A DNA stretch of 63,886 nt, filler included. It is 7 parts of 7 records of this genome, joined end to end, with 100 filler letters (N's around TTAATTAATTAA, not from the genome) between each part and the next. Parts side by side here need not be neighbours in the genome. Positions count along the whole stretch, not along the records: positions 5,728 to 23,041 come from SRR31156797_20168; positions 23,142 to 39,717 come from SRR31156797_20169; 5 more parts are not named here. One strand, 5' to 3'. The notes under the pieces were generated by a model. The model did not search any database, was not told the origin of the DNA, and worked only from the letters and a program-made list of their open reading frames with translations. How positions within the stretch are numbered: position 1 is the stretch's first letter; every line of letters begins with the position of its first letter. Made by a program: the position numbers and the translations under genes. This document shows positions 19,915 through 28,036 of this stretch, in pieces.

Positions 19915-20985
19915 TTACTTTAAACCTGCACATCTTTTCAGATACGGTTCCAGATTATTCAAAACAATATTTTTCCATGAATATTTTTCAACTGTCCTCT
20001 TTATTATCACCGAATCATAGTTCCATCTTTTTTCCGCTAGTTCTGATAATCCTTCGGCAAACGACTTGGGAGTGTCCTCAATTAGAATCCCATTGCTATC
20101 GTTCACAATTCGTTTCATTTCGTCAGTTTTTGTTGCTATTACAGGCATACCATTAATCAAATATTCGAGCATTTTAAGAGCTGGTTGACACTGATAGCAT
20201 CGAATCATAGGAACGTAAGCAATACCTATATTTGCATTTACGAAAAAATCTTGTAATTCTTCAATTGTTTTACGCCCATGAAAGAAAACTATTTTCGAAA
20301 GGTCAAGTTCTTCTATTTTATTTCTGACCTTCTGAATTGACTCTTCTTCTCCAAATCCAACTATATCATATCTAATCTGTTTTTTTAGAGCATATTTATT
20401 TCTAAATAAACTTAATCCCTCTAATGTCTCTTCTATTCTTCTTTTGTCCAACGTCCCTATATAAAGAAGCGTGAGGTCATCGAAAGTTTTTGAATCTGCC
20501 ACTCGATTTACTGCTCCAATGGGCAAGCAATCATATTTTTTAATATTGAGTTCCTCTGCCAGACTATGAGTGTTTATTAACTTGTACTTAAAGAATTTGG
20601 ATTCGAAACGAAGCTTTGCATTTGTTTTTGCTACTTTTTGAGCAACAGTACCAATTGATCCGGTTCTAATATCCAAAACTAATTTTTGAAATGGCAATAA
20701 GAACCTTAATAGAAAAGAAAATCTAAAATAACTTAATAAGGTCACATCAAAACGATTCGTTAAACAGATTTGTAAAGTCTTCAAGTAAAACGAAATCAAA
20801 CCCAAATGTTTATTCTTATATGGTTTTAAATAAATGACCTCAACACCTTTAATGCTGACCTTCTTAAAACCTAAATCGCATGACAACACTTTAAGTTTGT
20901 TATTAACCTTTAGGTATTTACAATAGTAATAATGCTCGGTTATATAACCGAATTGACTACCCATTGTAAGAATTAAGATATTCAT
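19915..20985 (-). CDS. glycosyltransferase (GT4-like), paralog of 18804-19895
   Basis: Shares SQFGY.T.YY.YCKYLK, LDIRTGS, LLYIGTL, QPALKMLEY with its neighbour. Confidence 0.85.
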   Translation of the reverse strand: MNILILTMGSQFGYITEHYYYCKYLKVNNKLKVLSCDLGFKKVSIKGVEVIYLKPYKNKHLGLISFYLKTLQICLTNRFDVTLLSYFRFSFLLRFLLPFQKLVLDIRTGSIGTVAQKVAKTNAKLRFESKFFKYKLINTHSLAEELNIKKYDCLPIGAVNRVADSKTFDDLTLLYIGTLDKRRIEETLEGLSLFRNKYALKKQIRYDIVGFGEEESIQKVRNKIEELDLSKIVFFHGRKTIEELQDFFVNANIGIAYVPMIRCYQCQPALKMLEYLINGMPVIATKTDEMKRIVNDSNGILIEDTPKSFAEGLSELAEKRWNYDSVIIKRTVEKYSWKNIVLNNLEPYLKRCAGLK

Positions 20986-20994
20986 AAAAACTGC

Positions 20995-22455
20995 TTACTT
21001 TTTCAATAATTGTGTAGATAAAATTGTTCCTCCAAAGGATTTCATCCTCAGACATAGGCTTTGATTTCTGAAAAAATAGATGATACTTAAAGCACCAATA
21101 ATCAAAGTAAGAAGCAGCGACTTTGTTAGCCAGTCATAATCTATCGGTGTAAACCTATTGTTTAAGACAAAACTGATCGGCACTAATAGCCCAAGTGCAA
21201 TTGCACTTCTTTTAAACTTAAAATAGCCTGTAAAAATCTTCTTCACCAATATTGAGATGAGGAAAAACTTAACCAACTCGCCAAGTAATTCGCCAATTAC
21301 AATTCCAATAAGACCAAACCTGATAGAAAGCAAATACATAGTTAAACAGCCACAAAAGGTTCCTGTAATTGATGCGTAGCTTAAAGCATTATTCTTTTTT
21401 CTAATTAGTATACCAGTAGATATTAGATCAGACATTCCATAGAGTATATATGCAATGGATAATATTCCTATTAAATACTGACTATCGGCAAACTTTTCTG
21501 AAGCAAATACAAGCAGTAATTCCTCGCCAAACAGAATTAATACAACAGCTATCACAGAGGCAATAAAGGCAAAGAAATTGTAAAAATCATTAAACAACAT
21601 CTTGCTTTCCTCGTTCTTGTAGTTATCAAAAGTATATGGATGCCACGCCATTTTTAAACTATGCGTCAATAGCAACAAGGGTAATAATACTTTTGTTGCG
21701 ATTGCATAGATACCAATCTGACTTAAGGAAAATAGAAAAATAATTAAGATTCGTGCCACATACTTTTGCCCCCATTGAGCAAGAACTACCGGAATTAATG
21801 GAACTCCATAAGTCAACATTTCCTTTAAAACAGGAAAGGAAATATTTAATGAGACATATTTTTTGGCTTTAAAGAGAGCAATTCCTGCAAATACAATACT
21901 GACAAAACATCTACTGATTAAAAGACCAAGCAATCCATATTTGAATATCGCAACAAATATTATCCCTAATAAAGCATTACAGAAAACATAGATAAGATTG
22001 AATGTCGTATATCCTTTTCTGTTAAATTCTACCCTAAAAACAATAACAGAATACTCCAATACATTTTTAAACATCAGTTCACTTATCGCGACAATAAGAA
22101 GAATACTGTGATCTGTTGATTGCAATATTAAATTTGCCAAAGGCTTATTGAATGCAATCAGCGCCAATGATAGAATGATACTTCCCGGGATAATTATCCA
22201 TAATCCAGTAGAAAACAGATTTCTCTTCTGTTTAGTTTCTTTCTTATCAAAGAAAAGCCTTAAAAAACTACTCTCAAGCTGGAAAGTCGACAAAAATGCC
22301 AAAAGAACCATTATTACCGAGAGAATTTCCAAAATTCCAAAATCAGCTTTAGATAGGAATCTTGTATAAATTGGAATGGTGAAAAATCCTACAAACTTGC
22401 TTATTACACCTACAGTTCCATAGGAGAAAAAATCTTTTAATAAATTGCTTTTCAT
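20995..22455 (-). CDS. wzx: Wzx flippase
   Basis: About 14 TMs; FFTIPIYTRFLS..DFG; EMLTYGVPL; IGIYAIA. Confidence 0.88.
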   Translation of the reverse strand: MKSNLLKDFFSYGTVGVISKFVGFFTIPIYTRFLSKADFGILEILSVIMVLLAFLSTFQLESSFLRLFFDKKETKQKRNLFSTGLWIIIPGSIILSLALIAFNKPLANLILQSTDHSILLIVAISELMFKNVLEYSVIVFRVEFNRKGYTTFNLIYVFCNALLGIIFVAIFKYGLLGLLISRCFVSIVFAGIALFKAKKYVSLNISFPVLKEMLTYGVPLIPVVLAQWGQKYVARILIIFLFSLSQIGIYAIATKVLLPLLLLTHSLKMAWHPYTFDNYKNEESKMLFNDFYNFFAFIASVIAVVLILFGEELLLVFASEKFADSQYLIGILSIAYILYGMSDLISTGILIRKKNNALSYASITGTFCGCLTMYLLSIRFGLIGIVIGELLGELVKFFLISILVKKIFTGYFKFKRSAIALGLLVPISFVLNNRFTPIDYDWLTKSLLLTLIIGALSIIYFFRNQSLCLRMKSFGGTILSTQLLKK

Positions 22456-22533
22456 TAATTAGGTTGGATCCTATTCTTAGAAACTAATTTTAGCTTTTTA
22501 TAAACTGTAAAAGGATAATTATTGTAATAATTA

Positions 22534-23040
22534 CTAGAGTCTTCTATCTACTAAAGTTTTTGGATATATTGCTTTCACATCGTATATAACAGCATCATGT
22601 CCATTTTTTAATTTCTTCACATCAACTTTCTTAATCTCATCATGTGCCACAGCAGCAACAACCGCATCATATCTATTTCCATTCAAATATGGTATTATAT
22701 TTAAGTTGTACTTCTCTCTCACTTCCATTGGATCAGCTAAAGGATCATAAACGTCTACCGTACAACCAAATTCCTCTAAGTCTCTTATCAAGCCAATTAC
22801 TTTTGAATTTCTAATGTCAGGACAGTTTTCCTTAAAGGTAACACCCATAACCAAAACTTGAGAACCAGGTATTCGGAATCCTTTTTTCACCATTTCTTTA
22901 ATCACATTAAAAGCTACAAATGAACCCATTTCGTCATTTAAACGTCTTCCAGCAAGAAGTATTTGAGGATTATATCCAACTTCGAGCGCTTTATGTGCCA
23001 GATAGTAAGGATCAACACCAATACAGTGTCCTCCAACTAA
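22534..23040 (-). CDS. UDP-N-acetylhexosamine 6-dehydrogenase (TviB/WbpO-like), 5' truncated
   Basis: LVGGHCIGVDPYYLAHKA and GVTFKENCPDIRNSK; frame runs into spacer. Confidence 0.9.
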   Translation of the reverse strand, partial: LVGGHCIGVDPYYLAHKALEVGYNPQILLAGRRLNDEMGSFVAFNVIKEMVKKGFRIPGSQVLVMGVTFKENCPDIRNSKVIGLIRDLEEFGCTVDVYDPLADPMEVREKYNLNIIPYLNGNRYDAVVAAVAHDEIKKVDVKKLKNGHDAVIYDVKAIYPKTLVDRRL

Positions 23041-23041
23041 A

Positions 23042-23141
23042 NNNNNNNNNNNNNNNNNNNNNNNNNNNNNNNNNNNNNNNNNNNNTTAATTAATTAANNN
23101 NNNNNNNNNNNNNNNNNNNNNNNNNNNNNNNNNNNNNNNNN
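23042..23141. other. artificial contig spacer
   Basis: N44-TTAATTAATTAA-N44. Confidence 0.98.
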
Positions 23142-23281
23142 GCCTTGAATATGGCCACCTCTGCGTTTGCTCGGCCCGCACCATTGGCGTCGCGATAGTC
23201 TTCCCACGTGGCGCAGCCGAGACTGATGGTCGCAAAAGTTGCCACCAGAAGAAGACGAATTCTGCCCATATATCTTAGCAT
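23142..23281 (-). CDS. possible lipoprotein, 3' truncated
   Basis: Basic N-terminus, hydrophobic stretch, SLGC lipobox-like; AAAGGA upstream. Confidence 0.35.
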
Positions 23282-23405
23282 GAGTATGTTTCCTTTGCCG
23301 TCACTGGGATACCCCTGAACAAGGTGTTTTGAAAATTACGATCGGACCCTTGAAAAGCGGCAGCAATGTCAAGGTAAAGCCGAAAGGCTTTTCAAAAAAC
23401 CTTTT

Positions 23406-24446
23406 TTATGATTCTTCTTCCCTCAGGATTTTCCGTGCAATGTCCATATCCAGCGGACCCATGGGGGTGTCCATGGTGCGGGACCGGACCCAGTCAAAGC
23501 CGCATCGAAGGGCGGACTCGGCCACGGCACCCTGATCCAGAGAAAAATCGACGCCCGTTGCAAGCTGATCCGCCAGGTGCCCCAGCATGGTGTCCGGCTT
23601 GGTGTGTTCGTGGGTCATGCCGTCCTGAAAGCTGACGAAATACCCGCCGGGTTTGACCGACTCGTGGATCTTACCAATCAGGGCATCCAGGTTCTGTTTG
23701 GCAAAGTTGAGGGTGGCGCTCGCCCATATGAGATCGTAGTCCTTTCCGATATCATCGGACATGTAATCGCCTGAAGCGACGGTCACACGATTTTTCAAGC
23801 CGAATTCCTGAATAAAGGAATCGGCTGCTTCAACAACGGGCCCGCGATCATAGACGATCCCTTTCATGGTGGGATGCTGGTTTACAATATAGAGCGCAAA
23901 CATGCCGTGACCGCCGCCCAGATCGAGCATTTTGTCAAAGCCTGAAAAACCGGGCAGTTCCGAAAGGACACTTGCCACCTTTTGGCCCACGCCACCCATG
24001 GCCCATGCGGCAGAGGTTCGTGTCATTTCAGCCCAGAGTTCTTCGGAAGCAAACCCTTTAGCCGCCGTTTGATCCAACGGGCCCTTCTTGACCCGTTGCA
24101 CGAGATCCGTAAGCGGCGAAACACTTCTGTCCTGAACCAGTTTGAACAGCCTCCCCAGATAGGTTGGGGAGTCCGACACCAGGAATTCATTGGCAATGGA
24201 AAGATTGCGATACAATCCATCCCTTTTCTCAACCAGATCGATGGTGGCGAGGGCGTTTAGAAAAAAACGGGTGTTTTCAAGGTGTGTATTCAGGGCTCGG
24301 GACATCTCCTCCACGGAACAAAAGCCCTTCAGCCTGTCAAAAACGCCCAGTTCAATGCCGGCCATCATCAGGTGGCTTTTGACGGGGCCGGTGGCCATAT
24401 GAAAAAGCGATTTGTAATCCTGTGTGGCTTTGGGTAATGGTTTCAT
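23406..24446 (-). CDS. class I SAM-dependent O-methyltransferase (dimerisation domain plus Methyltransf_2)
   Basis: ELGVFD..L dimerisation helix; MLDLGGGHG; GDYM; AGGAG RBS 27 bp after feoB. Confidence 0.88.
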   Translation of the reverse strand: MKPLPKATQDYKSLFHMATGPVKSHLMMAGIELGVFDRLKGFCSVEEMSRALNTHLENTRFFLNALATIDLVEKRDGLYRNLSIANEFLVSDSPTYLGRLFKLVQDRSVSPLTDLVQRVKKGPLDQTAAKGFASEELWAEMTRTSAAWAMGGVGQKVASVLSELPGFSGFDKMLDLGGGHGMFALYIVNQHPTMKGIVYDRGPVVEAADSFIQEFGLKNRVTVASGDYMSDDIGKDYDLIWASATLNFAKQNLDALIGKIHESVKPGGYFVSFQDGMTHEHTKPDTMLGHLADQLATGVDFSLDQGAVAESALRCGFDWVRSRTMDTPMGPLDMDIARKILREEES

Positions 24447-24473
24447 ATCAATCTCCTGTACCTGTAAAATATT

Positions 24474-26666
24474 CTAGAAGAACCGCATGCCCACCTGGTA
24501 CACGATGACCGACAACAGAAAGGCAAAGGCCATGGACCCGAAAATGGAAAACAGGGCCCACCGAAGACCCGCTTCCCGAATGATCATGACCACGGTCACC
24601 ATGCAGGGGGCGTAGAGCAGCATAAACAGCATGATGGAAATGACGGCCGGAATGGTCCAGCCGGGATCGGCACCGATGCGCTGGCTGAGGCTCTGGGCTT
24701 CTTCCGCATCCACGTCCCCCATGGAATAGGCGGTGGAGAGGGTGGAGACAAAGACCTCCTTGGCGGCAAAGGCACCGATCAGGGCAATATTGGCCTGCCA
24801 GGGAAAACCGGCGTACCGCGTGACGGTTTCAACCGCATCGCCGAGCCGCCCCGCAATGGAGTAACGCAACGCCGCTTCGCCCTGGTCATTGGCGATTTCG
24901 GCGAAGCGCTTCTGGAGGGCGGCTTCCCGTGTGGAGGCTGTAAGCTGTTTTTGCCGGACCTGCTGCGCCACTTCCGTCTTGGCCGTCTTTCTGAGGGATT
25001 CAAAATGCCCAACCCGCTCCTCGGGCAGCCGGGGAAAGGTCATGAGCACCCACATGAGAATGGAAATCCCCAGGATAACGGTCCCCGCTTTTTTGATATA
25101 CTGCCAGACCCGGTCCCAGGTGTGAACGGCCACGCTGCGCAGGGTCGGCATCCGGTAGGGCGGCAACTCCATGACAAACGGCGTGGAGGGCCCGCGGATA
25201 ACACTGCTTCTGAGAATCCGGGAAACCACCAGCACAAAAAACCAGGAAGCCATGACCACGGCAAACATGGCGATTGTGGGGTGCGTGGGAAAAAACGCGG
25301 CAATGAGCATCACATAGGCGGTTGTCTTGGCGCCGCACACCGTAAAGGGGGCCGTGAAGATGGTGGCCAACCGTTCGCGGGGACTCCTGAGGGTGCGTGC
25401 CGACATGACCCCCGGCACCGCGCATCCTCCCGGAAGCCCGCCGGAAATAATCAGGGGCATGACGGAAGCACCGTGAAGCCCGAAAACCTTGAACACCTTG
25501 TCCATCATGTAGGCCACCCGGGCCATGTAACCCAGGTCTTCCAGAAACACCAGAAGGGAAAACATGATGAGAATCAGCGGCGTAAAGCTCAGCACCGCCC
25601 CCACACCGTCAATAATACCGGATACCACCAGGGACTGTACCATCCCTTCCGGAATAAAGCGGGTCCCCAGATCCGCCAGCAGGCCGAACCCATCCTCCAC
25701 CCACCCCTGGGGGTAGGCACCCATATTAAAGGTGATGTAAAAGAGCGCCAGCAGAATGGCCACCATAATGACGGGACCCATGATCACATGGGTCAGAATG
25801 CGGTCGGCCCGGTCCGATGCATCCAGGGAGAGTTCATCGGCCCTTGAAACCACCCCCTGATTCAGCAGGGAATTAATAAAGGCATACCGGTAATCGGCGA
25901 TGATGGCCTCCGGATAGGTTTCTTTTTCCTTTTCCAGACGTTCGGTTATCTGGTCCACATAGGTTTCCAGTTCCGCGCTAAGAGGGCCGGCCTCTTTGCC
26001 CGCTTTTATAACCGCTTCATCCTTTTCCAGGTATTTCACCGCCAGCCACCGTGGATTGTAGCGGTCGGTCATGAAATTTGCCGACTCAATCCGCTGGGTC
26101 AATTCCGCCACCGCCGGGTCCAGGTCCGGTCCGTAGGAGATCTGGAGGGGCGACCATTTGCCTTTTGTTTTCTCGGCAACGGCCTTGACCGCTTTCATTA
26201 ATTTGTCCTTGCCTTCGCCGATCCGGGCCACGCACTCCACAACCGGGATTTTCAGAAGCTTGGACAGCTTTTCCGTATCGATTCGAATGCCTTTTTTGCG
26301 GACCTGATCCATCATGTTCAATCCCAGGACCAGCGGCACCCCGATTTCAATGAGCTGGACCGCCAGGTACAGGCTCCGCTCCAGGGCCGTGGCATCCATC
26401 ATGTTGATGGCCACATCCGGGCGCTCATCCACGATCACGTCCCGGGCCACCACCTCTTCCATGGAATAGGCGGAGAGGGAATAGGTGCCGGGCAGATCCA
26501 CCAGGTTGAACCGGGTATTCCCCATGAGATAGGCACCTTCCAGCCGATCCACCGTAATGCCCGGGTAGTTGCCCACCCGGGCCGTGGAACCGGTAATGGC
26601 GTTGAACATGGTGCTCTTTCCACAGTTGGGTTGACCCGATACGGCCACACGAATGGTTTCGCACAT
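24474..26666 (-). CDS. feoB: ferrous iron transporter FeoB
   Basis: G1 GQPNCGKS, G2 GNYPGITV, G3 DLPG, G4 NMMD; LEDLGYMARVA, FVMELPPYRMP, LYAPC. Confidence 0.97.
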   Translation of the reverse strand: MCETIRVAVSGQPNCGKSTMFNAITGSTARVGNYPGITVDRLEGAYLMGNTRFNLVDLPGTYSLSAYSMEEVVARDVIVDERPDVAINMMDATALERSLYLAVQLIEIGVPLVLGLNMMDQVRKKGIRIDTEKLSKLLKIPVVECVARIGEGKDKLMKAVKAVAEKTKGKWSPLQISYGPDLDPAVAELTQRIESANFMTDRYNPRWLAVKYLEKDEAVIKAGKEAGPLSAELETYVDQITERLEKEKETYPEAIIADYRYAFINSLLNQGVVSRADELSLDASDRADRILTHVIMGPVIMVAILLALFYITFNMGAYPQGWVEDGFGLLADLGTRFIPEGMVQSLVVSGIIDGVGAVLSFTPLILIMFSLLVFLEDLGYMARVAYMMDKVFKVFGLHGASVMPLIISGGLPGGCAVPGVMSARTLRSPRERLATIFTAPFTVCGAKTTAYVMLIAAFFPTHPTIAMFAVVMASWFFVLVVSRILRSSVIRGPSTPFVMELPPYRMPTLRSVAVHTWDRVWQYIKKAGTVILGISILMWVLMTFPRLPEERVGHFESLRKTAKTEVAQQVRQKQLTASTREAALQKRFAEIANDQGEAALRYSIAGRLGDAVETVTRYAGFPWQANIALIGAFAAKEVFVSTLSTAYSMGDVDAEEAQSLSQRIGADPGWTIPAVISIMLFMLLYAPCMVTVVMIIREAGLRWALFSIFGSMAFAFLLSVIVYQVGMRFF

Positions 26667-26671
26667 AAAAC

Positions 26672-26905
26672 TTAATCCTCCGTTTCGCAGTCGATGAAGT
26701 CGGCTTCACTGTTTCTGAGGGTCAGAGTAAATCCTTTCATGCGCAGGGCAACGGGATCCCGCAACGGCGCGCGACCCACAATGGCAAATTCCGTTCCGGG
26801 GACCAGGCCCATGTCCCGGATGCGGCGGCCGATTTCCCCGTGGGCTTTCACCGCGCAGATGCGGCCTTTCTGCTGTTTTCGCATCCTTCTCATGGATAAG
26901 GTCAT
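26672..26905 (-). CDS. feoA: FeoA
   Basis: RRIRDMGLVPG...RAPLRDPVAL....LTLRNSEA. Confidence 0.95.
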   Translation of the reverse strand: MTLSMRRMRKQQKGRICAVKAHGEIGRRIRDMGLVPGTEFAIVGRAPLRDPVALRMKGFTLTLRNSEADFIDCETED

Positions 26906-26941
26906 GGAGAATTCTCCTTATTCGATTCGTTAGTGGTGAAA

Positions 26942-26979
26942 AATTTAACGATTTTAGTGTTAAATTGAAATTCTGTCAA
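26942..26979 (-). promoter_or_regulatory. sigma70 promoter of feoAB with overlapping inverted-repeat operator
   Basis: TTGACA (26979-26974), 17 nt, TAAAAT (26956-26951); AATTTAAC-N9-GTTAAATT at 26942-26966. Confidence 0.75.
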
Positions 26980-27108
26980 TAAATTTTTATTAGGTATTTA
27001 AAACTTATATAGTTACCCAAAAATTGGCTTTCCGGTTTCGTTTCTGATATAAGTCGACGGTGACAGGCCACGATCTATTATGCCGCGCTTAAATTTAAGG
27101 AAAGGCTC

Positions 27109-27690
27109 ATGCTTAAAACCGCTGTCATCATCGGTGCCCATCGGGAAGAACTGCTTTTCGGCGAAAAAACAGTCAAGGGTCTTGCCAAAAAAGGCCTGGA
27201 GGTAATCCGCATTGAACAGGGCATCAGCAATAAGCGCCGTCCCCACCACATCAGGTCGGAGCGGATGGCGGATTTATACAACCTTTATTACAGCATCGAC
27301 AAAAAAACCCGCGACCGTTTCAACCTGGTCCTTGACCTGCATTATGGGTACAGCGATGAGATGTGGGGGGCGGATATTTATTGCGCCGAAACCCATTTTC
27401 TGAGCGCCATGGAAGACACATTGAATCGGTCTGCCGGAAAGGGACTTCGGCTGCCCGAAGACATCCGGCTTTTTAAGGTCATGCCCAATGCCGAAGCCAA
27501 AACCCACGCCTTTGACGACCGTTTCCCCGTCTGCCTGTCATTTCTGCCGGAAAGCATTCTGAACGGCAGCCATTACCATTACGTGGGGCTCGAATTCTAC
27601 CTGACTTCCCAAAAAGGGTGCAGGTCCGATCACCGGCTTTCACGAAGACTTATTCTGGGCATTCGGGCCTGCGCCATGAAATGTCTTTAA
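27109..27690 (+). CDS. hypothetical protein, possible M14/AstE-like zinc hydrolase fold
   Basis: AAGGA RBS; VIIGAHREE (HxxE), LVLDLH, late VGLEF. Confidence 0.6.
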   Translation: MLKTAVIIGAHREELLFGEKTVKGLAKKGLEVIRIEQGISNKRRPHHIRSERMADLYNLYYSIDKKTRDRFNLVLDLHYGYSDEMWGADIYCAETHFLSAMEDTLNRSAGKGLRLPEDIRLFKVMPNAEAKTHAFDDRFPVCLSFLPESILNGSHYHYVGLEFYLTSQKGCRSDHRLSRRLILGIRACAMKCL

Positions 27691-27893
27691 GGCATAAAGG
27701 ACGTCAATTCATTATAGACCTGTCTTCCGTCATGTTTCACCTGGTTCAGGGCCCTTGCGATCACCCGTCTGATGTCTCTTGAATTTCGGCGGTTCCGTTT
27801 GACCGCGGGATCCGCCACGCGGTCCTTGTAGGAGTTGACCGCATGGGTTCCGATTGCCCTGTCGCTGATGACGCGTTTGCTGCTTTTAGCCAT
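27687..27893 (-). CDS. small Arg-rich hypothetical protein (68 aa)
   Basis: GGAGG 6 nt before ATG 27893; MAKSSKRV...FMP. Confidence 0.5.
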   Translation of the reverse strand: MAKSSKRVISDRAIGTHAVNSYKDRVADPAVKRNRRNSRDIRRVIARALNQVKHDGRQVYNELTSFMP

Positions 27894-28036
27894 TTCCGGC
27901 CTCCTATCCTTAACCCTTTCAACGCCTCCCACACCCCTGTGGTTTAGAAATGGAGGCGCATACTTTCCCGCCCGGACATGTTGTTTTGGTCCAAGAATGC
28001 CTGAAGGTTCTGGATGACGGTGCATATTCCCTTGGA

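Noticed and set aside
18804-20985. Tandem paralogous glycosyltransferases
   Set aside because: The duplication is real, but it is common in polysaccharide loci.
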